DNA from: a virus
Taxonomy: Duplodnaviria > Caudoviricetes
Reading direction: 5' to 3' (one strand)
DNA length: 28,135 bases
IMG/VR virus record: IMGVR_UViG_3300012031_000065
Coordinates: 1-28,135 of that record
Part shown: piece by piece, positions 16,518 to 24,726 of the stretch
Position numbering within the stretch: position 1 is the first letter of the stretch
Layout of the letters: every line of letters begins with the position of its first letter
Program-made: the position numbers and the translations under genes
The notes under the pieces: generated by a model
Databases searched by the model: none
What the model saw: only the letters and a program-made list of their open reading frames with translations
Told to the model about the DNA's origin: nothing

Positions 16518-19500
16518 CTACTCTATGTTGTATTTAAAGCCCTTACCTGCTTTTTTAACCTGATTCAATGGCTTGTCAATGTATACATCACCAAATGACT
16601 CTGACACCCATTCTGGCAGCAAGCCCACTTTCTGTGGAGCGTATTTTGTGGAGCCGCCATCAGCCGTTTTATTAAAGTCAGCATTCGGACCGAAGTTTAC
16701 ATAAGAGTTTTGGCCTCGAGTCTCCGTTGCCAGAGCTCGTCTTGCTATAGGTGAGTACATAGCTGCATGCGATCTAAATGCATTGTCCTCACCTCCAGCT
16801 CTAAAGCCTAAACCCTCCTTTGCATGTCCAAAGTAGTCATGGACCACCCTGAATATGTCGTTCACTGTAGCTGGTTTCCCAGAAATAGTATACCCACTAT
16901 CTGCCAGCAAAGGATTGCCAGCAAACAAGTCATCCTCTCCACCAAAGCCATCGTCAGTCGGGAATACCCACATATGATTGTTCTGGTTAATATCATCAAT
17001 AGCATTTCTTGGATTGCCGTATGGGTCACCCTTGTCAGGTGGTATGAACTCAGGTAAAAATCCTGTCTTAAGTAGCTCGTCATACTGCTCTAGAGTCTCC
17101 TCAGCAAGCGCATTGTAGGCAGCTTTTACTTGTGGTTCGTTTGGTGCATGCTCCATCTCATCAAATAGTTTGGCAATCTCGGTACCGCGCTTAGGATCAA
17201 TGGGCATGTATTTATTGATAGGCTGATAGGCAGCGCCTTGACCAACTCTTGCCATGTATTTTCTAGCGACATCAGCTGCTGCAACATTCGGTTGTATTTG
17301 ATAGCCAGCGATATCTCTAGGTATACCATTTAAGGAGCCATCTTTCTCCCGGCTAAACAGTGGAGTCCTTACCTTTTTCTTAGTCTGCGCCCCTGTCTGT
17401 TCATCCAGTACCCAATCGCTTCCTCGAACTCCTCTTCGCTGTCGAATTGACTGCGTTCTGGCTTCACTGGCAAGCCGTTGCTCATCGCTCCGAACACTGT
17501 TGTACTCGAGCTCTGCGTTTGTGGGGAGGCCGAGCTCTGTTCTCTGGGCATCGCTGAGTCCTGCGACTGCCCTGATTGCACCAGCAGCTCTTTCGGCAGC
17601 AGCTGGTCTGTTACCATCTCGAATGCCCCTTCTATCGACATCCTGGTTGCCTGATTGTTGCGTAGCAGGTCGGCCAGCATACGCTTGAATAGCGTCATCT
17701 GCTGAGGCATTAAACTCGTCAGCTGCTCTTGCGTTATTGCCTGCTCCAGCATCTTCGATAGATTGCTCGACCCACCGCTGAGTGTAGTTTTTACGTCCAT
17801 CTTCGTCCCCTCTGTATTTCATAATAGATACTTCTGGCATAGGGTCACCATCTTGCCACCCTTGCTTGCGAAATACCTCTTTTAAATCGTTAATTTGAAT
17901 ATCACTGTAGTATTTAGGGTCAAATGGAATAGTGCCAACTTCCTCAAATCCATACTGCGAATACATGCCAGGTAGGTACCCATTTGGGTTCTTATCTGTG
18001 ACTACTTTAAATGCGTCTAGTGCTGTTACACCTTCCTCAATTGCCTTGGTAACAACAGCAGGACCAGCAATACCTGGCGCACCTACCTCGTTGCTAATTA
18101 CACCAGTTAAGGTCTTTTCATTTGGCGATAATCCAAGCTCGTCATTATTCAAACCGTAAACTTTACCGTAGTCATAATCAGATTGCACACCAAAGTAAAC
18201 CTCAGTTTCACCCAGCCTGAATATTTTAGTCTTTCCATCCTTAACGCTTGTTGTTAAGTCCTTGATCTTATCTTTATTATCATACTGCGTGAGAGTGGCA
18301 GCCATTGGGTTTGCACGTAAGGCTCTGGCATAGTCCGTAATACTTAGGCCGCCCTTGTTAACAGGATTATCTGTAGTCGACCATTGCCCCCTCATAAATG
18401 CGTCAGCCAGCTGTGCCTGCCTTGGTGATGCAATGCCTTCAATTTGGCCTGTCGGTATCTTCTGGACAACTTTATCATCCACCTTCTGAGTAGGCAGTGA
18501 TAATTGAAATGACCTAAAATCACTACCAATTGCGCGACCACCCATGGCTCTCTGCGTAAACATATCTGGGAATAAGCTTTGCATGGGTACTGGCCTTGCA
18601 AACTTACCTATGACCTCGCCTTTGATGCCGTATTTATAACTTCTGTGCTCCTTGGTACCATTCTTCCCTAGCTCGACTACTGCATCAGGGTCCTGGTTAA
18701 TCTTTATCACCAATAAGCCATCACCTAAGTTTGACCCAGCATAATCTTCATCCAGCAATTCGGCCCTCAATCGCTCCATGTTTGGCGCACCTAAGTCCTG
18801 CGCCTCCACGTTACCCATAGCTCGCATAAGCGCTTTACGCTGGTCAAATGACATCTTCCTTGCCCATTGAAAATACTCATCTTGATTTTCAAGACCTGGA
18901 AAGTCATCCATGCCCTTTTGGGAGCGTATGATCTCGTCTATTTTAATGGCATTTTCATCAGGTATGCGACCATCACGCACGTAGGCATTAATTGAGTCCA
19001 TGAACGACTTAGAAAATGTCGCATTAGACAAGTGTGCATCTTTACCCATGGCAGAAACAACAATGTAGTCAGAGCCTTGCAGTTTTTTAATGGCACCAGC
19101 ATCATCAGCTGCCCATACTATACCGTCATCTCTGAAACCTTCGAGAGTAGGAAAGCCTGGCCCACCTTGCAGCTCAATTGGGTCTACTTTGCTGCTATCT
19201 AACCCAGTGAATGAGCGGCCAGCACCAGTTAAGTCTGCCAGTGTTGGCTTAATAGTCTTACCCTGAAGCATCTCCGGTGTAATAGTTGGTATGCTATCGA
19301 TATTCTTTTCAATAGCTGCAGCATCTAATTTTGGTGCATCTGTGGTAGCCACTGTCTTAAGTATGCTATCGACTGCAGCTTCATTAAGCGCCACACTTGA
19401 ACCCTCGGGCATAAATCGCATGAGCTGGTCAGGTGGTAAATTGTCAATAAACTTAGCTTGGTAATATTCTGGGTAATATTTTTTAAGCTCATCGATGGCT

Positions 19501-20765
19501 GACTTGGTCATATCCTCCTGAACCACCTCTGGGTTTCTTTGCAGGAACTCTGGCAATGTTGGCAAGTCTGGAATACCAGTCTCTTGACCAACTGCTTTTA
19601 ATTCACTCGGTGACAATCCCCGATTGACCCTCATATTACCGCTGATCATCCACTGGCCAGCCATATTTGGATTTGTCTTGTACTTGTAAAATCCACCAAA
19701 TGGTACCTGGTCTTTTATCTCAGCAGTCTGCACATTTACATTGCCATCCTTGGTCCTTTCAGCTCGCTTAAGCGCCTCTGCCTGCCAGTCGACATCATTA
19801 GGCATCTCTACCTCTGCCCAAACCTGATTGGCTGGCCTGTACTGTGGCACCACTTTTGATTTTCCAGCCTTGGTAGTAGGACCACCAGCCAATGCCGCCT
19901 TAGTCGCTTTACCACCAATATGTGTTGCAGCTGCAGCATCTCCTGCATGCCAGCCCGGACGATAAGCCAATGGGCCTAGTGAGCTTTTGACTTTATCAGT
20001 TGGGTTTGCTGTTGGTGCCTTTTGACCTTTTCTCAAAGCATCTTGAGCTGCTCGCTCGCCAGCCTTTGCGTCCTCCCATACGCCAACTTGTACCTTCTGA
20101 TCACGATTAACAAATAATGGATATAGGTTTCCATCATCATCTGTCCTGAACAGCTTGTAAGCTTTGACAGTGTCTTGTGGTGTGTAGTTACCAGCCTCAG
20201 CCTGAAGCTCTGGCGCAGCAGCTGGTGGGACCTTATCAGGATCCGGTTCAATAGAGCTTAGGTCAAAAGACTTGTCTTTGTTGAATGACTCCATTATCGC
20301 ATCGTAGTCGTAGTCAGCGCCTTTACGGTTTTTCAGTATGGCTGGCAAAATGGCAGAAAGGCCCTCACCGACAACAGGAATTGCACCCACACTAGCAATT
20401 GCAACATCCGTTGCACTACCATCAGCAATTGCTCGGCCTAAATCATCGCCACCAATAGCGTCACCAACAATCGGGATTGCCTCGGCACCCATGCCAAGGT
20501 TTCGTCCTACCTGCATGGCACCAAATCGGTCTGAAATAATACCCTGTTGGTATAGCGTATTGCCGATTAACTTCGATACTCTCTCACCTAGCGATGGCTT
20601 GTACTCACGAACCTGTGATTCAGGCCTTGTTAGCCCATCCTGCACCTTCTCTTGAAGTGTTCTAGGCCTAGCCATAGCATCTTCAATAGCGGCCTTCATG
20701 TCATCTTCATCCATGCCATCAGGAAACCTAGCAGTTGTATCAGAATTACCGATGTTGATATCCAT
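16518..20765 (-). CDS. Large multidomain polyvalent-type protein (pre-toxin-like helices, ART-like, unknown, GNAT-like and HDxxGH domains)
   Basis: 1415 aa, TAATG-coupled to the portal gene. Motifs: FPDGMDEDDMKAAI; AIPIVGD...GAIPVVGE; KAYKLF...LYPLFV...LAYRPGWH...VWAEVE; AIEEGVTALDAF...LPGMYSQYGFEEV; NDIFRVVHDYFGHAKEG...GEDNA...H...TETRGQNS. Confidence 0.75.
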   Translation of the reverse strand: MDINIGNSDTTARFPDGMDEDDMKAAIEDAMARPRTLQEKVQDGLTRPESQVREYKPSLGERVSKLIGNTLYQQGIISDRFGAMQVGRNLGMGAEAIPIVGDAIGGDDLGRAIADGSATDVAIASVGAIPVVGEGLSAILPAILKNRKGADYDYDAIMESFNKDKSFDLSSIEPDPDKVPPAAAPELQAEAGNYTPQDTVKAYKLFRTDDDGNLYPLFVNRDQKVQVGVWEDAKAGERAAQDALRKGQKAPTANPTDKVKSSLGPLAYRPGWHAGDAAAATHIGGKATKAALAGGPTTKAGKSKVVPQYRPANQVWAEVEMPNDVDWQAEALKRAERTKDGNVNVQTAEIKDQVPFGGFYKYKTNPNMAGQWMISGNMRVNRGLSPSELKAVGQETGIPDLPTLPEFLQRNPEVVQEDMTKSAIDELKKYYPEYYQAKFIDNLPPDQLMRFMPEGSSVALNEAAVDSILKTVATTDAPKLDAAAIEKNIDSIPTITPEMLQGKTIKPTLADLTGAGRSFTGLDSSKVDPIELQGGPGFPTLEGFRDDGIVWAADDAGAIKKLQGSDYIVVSAMGKDAHLSNATFSKSFMDSINAYVRDGRIPDENAIKIDEIIRSQKGMDDFPGLENQDEYFQWARKMSFDQRKALMRAMGNVEAQDLGAPNMERLRAELLDEDYAGSNLGDGLLVIKINQDPDAVVELGKNGTKEHRSYKYGIKGEVIGKFARPVPMQSLFPDMFTQRAMGGRAIGSDFRSFQLSLPTQKVDDKVVQKIPTGQIEGIASPRQAQLADAFMRGQWSTTDNPVNKGGLSITDYARALRANPMAATLTQYDNKDKIKDLTTSVKDGKTKIFRLGETEVYFGVQSDYDYGKVYGLNNDELGLSPNEKTLTGVISNEVGAPGIAGPAVVTKAIEEGVTALDAFKVVTDKNPNGYLPGMYSQYGFEEVGTIPFDPKYYSDIQINDLKEVFRKQGWQDGDPMPEVSIMKYRGDEDGRKNYTQRWVEQSIEDAGAGNNARAADEFNASADDAIQAYAGRPATQQSGNQDVDRRGIRDGNRPAAAERAAGAIRAVAGLSDAQRTELGLPTNAELEYNSVRSDEQRLASEARTQSIRQRRGVRGSDWVLDEQTGAQTKKKVRTPLFSREKDGSLNGIPRDIAGYQIQPNVAAADVARKYMARVGQGAAYQPINKYMPIDPKRGTEIAKLFDEMEHAPNEPQVKAAYNALAEETLEQYDELLKTGFLPEFIPPDKGDPYGNPRNAIDDINQNNHMWVFPTDDGFGGEDDLFAGNPLLADSGYTISGKPATVNDIFRVVHDYFGHAKEGLGFRAGGEDNAFRSHAAMYSPIARRALATETRGQNSYVNFGPNADFNKTADGGSTKYAPQKVGLLPEWVSESFGDVYIDKPLNQVKKAGKGFKYNIE
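17369..17800 (-). CDS. Candidate overprinted gene in +1 frame within the 1415-aa gene
   Basis: 143 codons open, AGAGGGGA SD-like sequence just upstream of ATG 17800, protein-like segments (LFKRMLADLLRNN; KPERSQFDSEEEFEEAIGYWMNRQGR). It coincides with a low-complexity A/R/G/D linker in the host frame. Confidence 0.5.
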   Translation of the reverse strand: MDVKTTLSGGSSNLSKMLEQAITQEQLTSLMPQQMTLFKRMLADLLRNNQATRMSIEGAFEMVTDQLLPKELLVQSGQSQDSAMPREQSSASPQTQSSSTTVFGAMSNGLPVKPERSQFDSEEEFEEAIGYWMNRQGRRLRKR

Positions 20766-22972
20766 TACTCAAGCTCTCCAGTTTCTACGTTGAAAGTGAG
20801 AACCTTTAAGTTACTGGCCATCTCACCATCAAGCTGCACGTTTTTCCCAGTTTGCGCTGCCATCTGCTGTTCGAGTTGAGTTAATTTAAGAGCCAAGTCA
20901 GCCATGTCTATATCTTTTTTATTGTTGACTTTTTGCTGCTCAATATCCTGTTTACCAGATGATTCCAATAACTTGATCTGAGACTTTTGTTGCTCCATAG
21001 CAAGCTTCATCTCGAGCTCTTGGATCTTTATCGCATTACCCTCTGACTGATACTGCAGCTCGGCAGACTTAACCTGCATATTTAGCTGCATCTCCTGCTG
21101 CTTAAGCTGTGCGTCAACTTGCCTGTTCTGCTGGTCTAATAGCGCGGTTTGAGCTTTCATCTGCTCAATTTCCATCGCCATCTGGTTTAAGTCTACAGGT
21201 GGAGGCTGATTGGCTTGCTGCTCTTTCATTGCCTGCATAGCCTCAACCTCGTCATCGGTCATCTGATCTTCTGGTATCATACCAGCGTTAATCATCTGCG
21301 CTCTGGCTCGTTCTGCTACCTTATCGAAGTTTGGAGCCTCGATATTGCCCAAGTGAATATCAGCTGCAATGTCTAGTATCTGCGGATAAATTGTTGCGAT
21401 ACGCTCAAAGGACTCGATAGACTCTTGCTGTCTGTTCTTGTACGCAGCACCTATATCGATGGTGACATCATACTGGCCCTGAGTTAAGTCATAGAGGTAA
21501 ATGGTTTCCTGTGTCTCATCGTCCAGCATTGGCTGGTTGATTACCATATCCTCCAGTGACCCATCGTCATTTGTTAGGATAATCTCTCTGGTGCCATCGT
21601 ACACTTTTGGGATAGCTCGAAGCAGCAGCTCGCACGTTCTCTCAATGGCTACCTCTAAGGCCTCAAACACCCAGCTGGTGCCATTGTTGCCTCGTTCAAT
21701 TTGCTTACCTATGGCCACACCTGACTGGATGCCAGGATTGTTACCAATGTTTGCAGCAAAGATGCCAGCAGCTTTGTTAATGCCCTCGTCAGTCATCTGT
21801 ATTAGTAGGCTTACCGATTCATTAGCGCTGGATGTGTTGGAGTAGAATGGTGGGTTTTGATCACCGATATGATTGTATAGTTGTATTGGGTCAAAATTTG
21901 TATTTAGTGTTCGAATTTTATCCTCGAATCCTGCGACCTGCTCCGGTGTCATAAACCACTTAGACCTTGGACTTAGTGCCACCTCCTCGACATTACGAGA
22001 GAATGCATAGTTATGCACTCGCTGGATGTCCATTAAACGCTCAACGGCACCCATCCAAATTACCTTGCCCTCGGTTATTTCGAAGTTACCGTAAACTGGT
22101 ACCACAGGAATAAAATCAAAGTCGACATCCTCTTCTTCGCTTAACCATTCACCTGATGTAAACCATCTCTGTTTGCATTCAAATGCCTCAACTTCTCGCT
22201 CATTTGCCACTTCAATGCCAGCCAGCGCAAGCTCATCGATGACTGCTTCAAGCTCGTCATTGACCTCATACACTGCACCGTTGCTCATTTGCACTATGCT
22301 TTTAGATACTGGTAACAGATAATAAAGCTGACCAACAGTCACAAAGTCAGGCTTGTGGTAGTAGGTATCACTCCAATCTTCCTGTCCCAGCGAAGTAATA
22401 GCAGCTTCTGGCCACTCCTTTGCATACTCTTCTTTGCCAATGTAATGCTTAATTACTGCCCACTTACCATCCTGAAATACCTGGTCTTGACTATCAGGGT
22501 CCAGTACAACACGCTGGTGGAAGTCGTGAATAGGCTTAATCATCAAGTCCTGGTCAAACGACATCTGCTGAGCGTAGTCTTTGACTATTTCCCATCCTGC
22601 AACACCACCCATGGCAAGACGCCTGCCAGCACCATTCTTGATGCGTTCAAAACGAGATAGATTGCGGATTGTGCGGATAAGGCCATCGAGCACCTTGGCC
22701 TTTTCTTTTGTCGCTTCACCACCAGCAGGTCGAACCCTCATGCTGAACTCAGCTTGCATTACCTCACCGACTATTTGATTGACTATGGGATTGACCCGGT
22801 CATCAGTATATCGAGGCCTGCCTTTAAACTTCTGAATAATGCTAGTCTCCCACTGACCATTGCGTTTTGTGCAAAAGTCTATGGCTTCCTTGGTTTGTCG
22901 AGTCTGATCACGCTGACTACCCTCAGCTGCTCGCATACGCTTGATCACATCCGATATGTTTGAATAGTCCAT
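20765..22972 (-). CDS. Portal protein, P22 gp1-like
   Basis: About 735 aa after terL. GQW...GRPRYTDDRVNPIVNQIVG, FIPVVPVYG, SGVAI, YDGTREIIL and GQYDVTIDIG motifs plus a long Gln-rich coiled-coil barrel. ATG 22972 (TGATG overlap) preferred over GTG 22978. Confidence 0.93.
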   Translation of the reverse strand: MDYSNISDVIKRMRAAEGSQRDQTRQTKEAIDFCTKRNGQWETSIIQKFKGRPRYTDDRVNPIVNQIVGEVMQAEFSMRVRPAGGEATKEKAKVLDGLIRTIRNLSRFERIKNGAGRRLAMGGVAGWEIVKDYAQQMSFDQDLMIKPIHDFHQRVVLDPDSQDQVFQDGKWAVIKHYIGKEEYAKEWPEAAITSLGQEDWSDTYYHKPDFVTVGQLYYLLPVSKSIVQMSNGAVYEVNDELEAVIDELALAGIEVANEREVEAFECKQRWFTSGEWLSEEEDVDFDFIPVVPVYGNFEITEGKVIWMGAVERLMDIQRVHNYAFSRNVEEVALSPRSKWFMTPEQVAGFEDKIRTLNTNFDPIQLYNHIGDQNPPFYSNTSSANESVSLLIQMTDEGINKAAGIFAANIGNNPGIQSGVAIGKQIERGNNGTSWVFEALEVAIERTCELLLRAIPKVYDGTREIILTNDDGSLEDMVINQPMLDDETQETIYLYDLTQGQYDVTIDIGAAYKNRQQESIESFERIATIYPQILDIAADIHLGNIEAPNFDKVAERARAQMINAGMIPEDQMTDDEVEAMQAMKEQQANQPPPVDLNQMAMEIEQMKAQTALLDQQNRQVDAQLKQQEMQLNMQVKSAELQYQSEGNAIKIQELEMKLAMEQQKSQIKLLESSGKQDIEQQKVNNKKDIDMADLALKLTQLEQQMAAQTGKNVQLDGEMASNLKVLTFNVETGELE

Positions 22973-24393
22973 CACCACCCCTCAAATTCTAGTGTAACTG
23001 GTTTTTTATTAAGCACTGGTGACTCCATACACATGGCCAGGCAGTCAGCCATGTTTGGTGATTTACGTCCAAACTTGGCAAGCATTTCTTCTTTGGGCAT
23101 TAGCGCAATTTTTCCTGTCAGGTTCTTTTTTCTGGGTATACCGCAAAGCTCTGCGCGTAATTTCATTAACAGTGGAATGTCTGAGCTTATGCTGATCAAC
23201 TCATCTGGGTCGATGTATTTGCCCATAGCGACAGCTTGATATGTATTCTCCATGCGCCTTGCTAACTCGACATAGTATTGTGTTCGCTTGTTATAGAATA
23301 GCTCTTTGTTGGTTTTTTGGCCATCTTTATAAACCCCATCATATATGCTGTCAGGGTCATCAACTGAGTTACTTCCCTTGTACATCCTGGCCTCAAGTGA
23401 TCGCTTACCATCAAAGTTTTGTGCTATCTGTTTACGCAGCAGCGCCCCCATTCCATCACCATCCCAGACGAATAAGTCAGCGTTCTGGCTTATTGCAATC
23501 TCACATGCGTCATCGCAGGCAAGGTTGCCGTTGGGCCTGTCAATCTCAATACAGGTATCGAAGTGAATACCTCTTCTGGAAGCGTAAGCATTTTTATCGT
23601 TGCCAGTGTCAGCTGGGTCATAACTGCTGACCCTAGCGCCATGCACTGTAATGCCAAGCTTAGTGGTGGCATCAACACAGGCATCAAACCACTCAGGCTC
23701 AATCAATGCGTCCTCTACTGCATCGTTAAACATGCCCTCCCAAATCCAGTCATATTTGACCCTAGATAAGTGTTCATGATCCCAGCTTCTGAGCAGCTCG
23801 AGCTCGTCATTCCACCATGGGTTGTCGCGCCAGTTTACTTTCTGTATCAGGTGTACATCGTCCTCATAATAACCATAGGAATTGACATCATCCATGTATG
23901 GGACAATGAAGCGTTGACTGAATGGGTCAGCACTCGATTGTGGGTTAGCTGTGAACCAGCACTGTGCTCCTGGGTTTCGTATGATAGTGGGAAGCAGCTT
24001 GTCGATTGCATCTTCTGTGGCAGTATGAGCCTCTTCAAACCATGAGTATTTGTAAGACTGTGCCGACTGCATTGCATCTGGGTTAAGGTTGGCACCAGTG
24101 TAGGTTGTTTGTGCGCCCCTAGGAGATATTACGGAGTTTTTCTGTATGTCCCAGCCCGGTAGCTTTAATCGCTTTGTGATGGACTCTTCAAATACCCGAT
24201 GCACTGAGTCTTTGATAGACTTCTGGAATTGTCTTAGGCAATAAATATCAGACGCTTCTGTGTCCATCCGATATGTCATGATGTCACCTACACCTATTGA
24301 CTTACCGGACCCTCGGCCGCCATACAATGTGATAATTGGTTTGGTAGAAAAAAACGCCCTTTCGAGCGCTTTGTTTAGTCTAAGCTTGGGCAT
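22972..24393 (-). CDS. terL: Terminase large subunit
   Basis: 473 aa: Walker A YGGRGSGKS, Walker B WFEEA, NWRDNPW, nuclease-domain YDPADTGND and SPNMADCL. Confidence 0.95.
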   Translation of the reverse strand: MPKLRLNKALERAFFSTKPIITLYGGRGSGKSIGVGDIMTYRMDTEASDIYCLRQFQKSIKDSVHRVFEESITKRLKLPGWDIQKNSVISPRGAQTTYTGANLNPDAMQSAQSYKYSWFEEAHTATEDAIDKLLPTIIRNPGAQCWFTANPQSSADPFSQRFIVPYMDDVNSYGYYEDDVHLIQKVNWRDNPWWNDELELLRSWDHEHLSRVKYDWIWEGMFNDAVEDALIEPEWFDACVDATTKLGITVHGARVSSYDPADTGNDKNAYASRRGIHFDTCIEIDRPNGNLACDDACEIAISQNADLFVWDGDGMGALLRKQIAQNFDGKRSLEARMYKGSNSVDDPDSIYDGVYKDGQKTNKELFYNKRTQYYVELARRMENTYQAVAMGKYIDPDELISISSDIPLLMKLRAELCGIPRKKNLTGKIALMPKEEMLAKFGRKSPNMADCLAMCMESPVLNKKPVTLEFEGW

Positions 24394-24547
24394 TTTTCAT
24401 CACGTAGATACTTTCTCCAAGAAGGTACCCTTCAAGATGCCATATTTTTTGGACTGCATCTCCTCGAGCAATTGTAAGATTCGTGCCATCAAAAACGTGA
24501 TACTGCTCTGCTAGTATCTCCTTTTCAATCTCTTTGTCGCTCTTCAT
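24380..24547 (-). CDS. 55-aa ORF resembling an internally deleted phage gp49/66-family (Acb4-like) protein (not in ORF track)
   Basis: GAGGGG RBS and TAATG coupling. Translates as MKSDKEIEKEILAEQYHVFDGTNLTIARGDAVQKIWHLEGYLLGESIYVMKNAQA; EQYHVF.GT.LT and IAR..AV.KIW.LEGYLL are the flanking motifs of that family. Confidence 0.6.
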   Translation of the reverse strand: MKSDKEIEKEILAEQYHVFDGTNLTIARGDAVQKIWHLEGYLLGESIYVMKNAQA

Positions 24548-24726
24548 TATTTTATCCCCTCATTGCCTATGTAATCCCATGTATACTGGCGCTTACCTGT
24601 ACCCTGTCGCTTTTCAGCACCTGTTGGTTCATAACCTTTGTAATGACCAAATGCCTGATAGCCTTGCAAGATTGTATTAGGCCTTACTCCTAATCTCTCT
24701 GCTAGTTTTTTTGTCGTCTCCATCAT
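24547..24726 (-). CDS. 59-aa putative DNA-binding (HTH/excisionase-like) protein (not in ORF track)
   Basis: GAGGG RBS, ATGA overlap with the terS stop; MMETTKKLAERLGVRPNTILQGYQAFGHYKGYEP...W with an HTH-like LAERLGVRPNTI segment. Confidence 0.65.
   Translation of the reverse strand: MMETTKKLAERLGVRPNTILQGYQAFGHYKGYEPTGAEKRQGTGKRQYTWDYIGNEGIK

Noticed and set aside
16862-20251. Other same-strand alternate-frame ORFs in the 1415-aa gene (16862-17083, 17126-17329, 18392-18601, 20033-20251)
   Set aside because: They are short, overlap motif-rich domains of the main frame and have typical off-frame Leu/Gln/Arg composition, unlike 17369-17800.
20300-20765. Calling the 1415-aa protein a MuF toxin
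   Set aside because: It occupies the same genomic slot, but I see no MuF signature (e.g. H.NCRC) and no separate downstream immunity gene.
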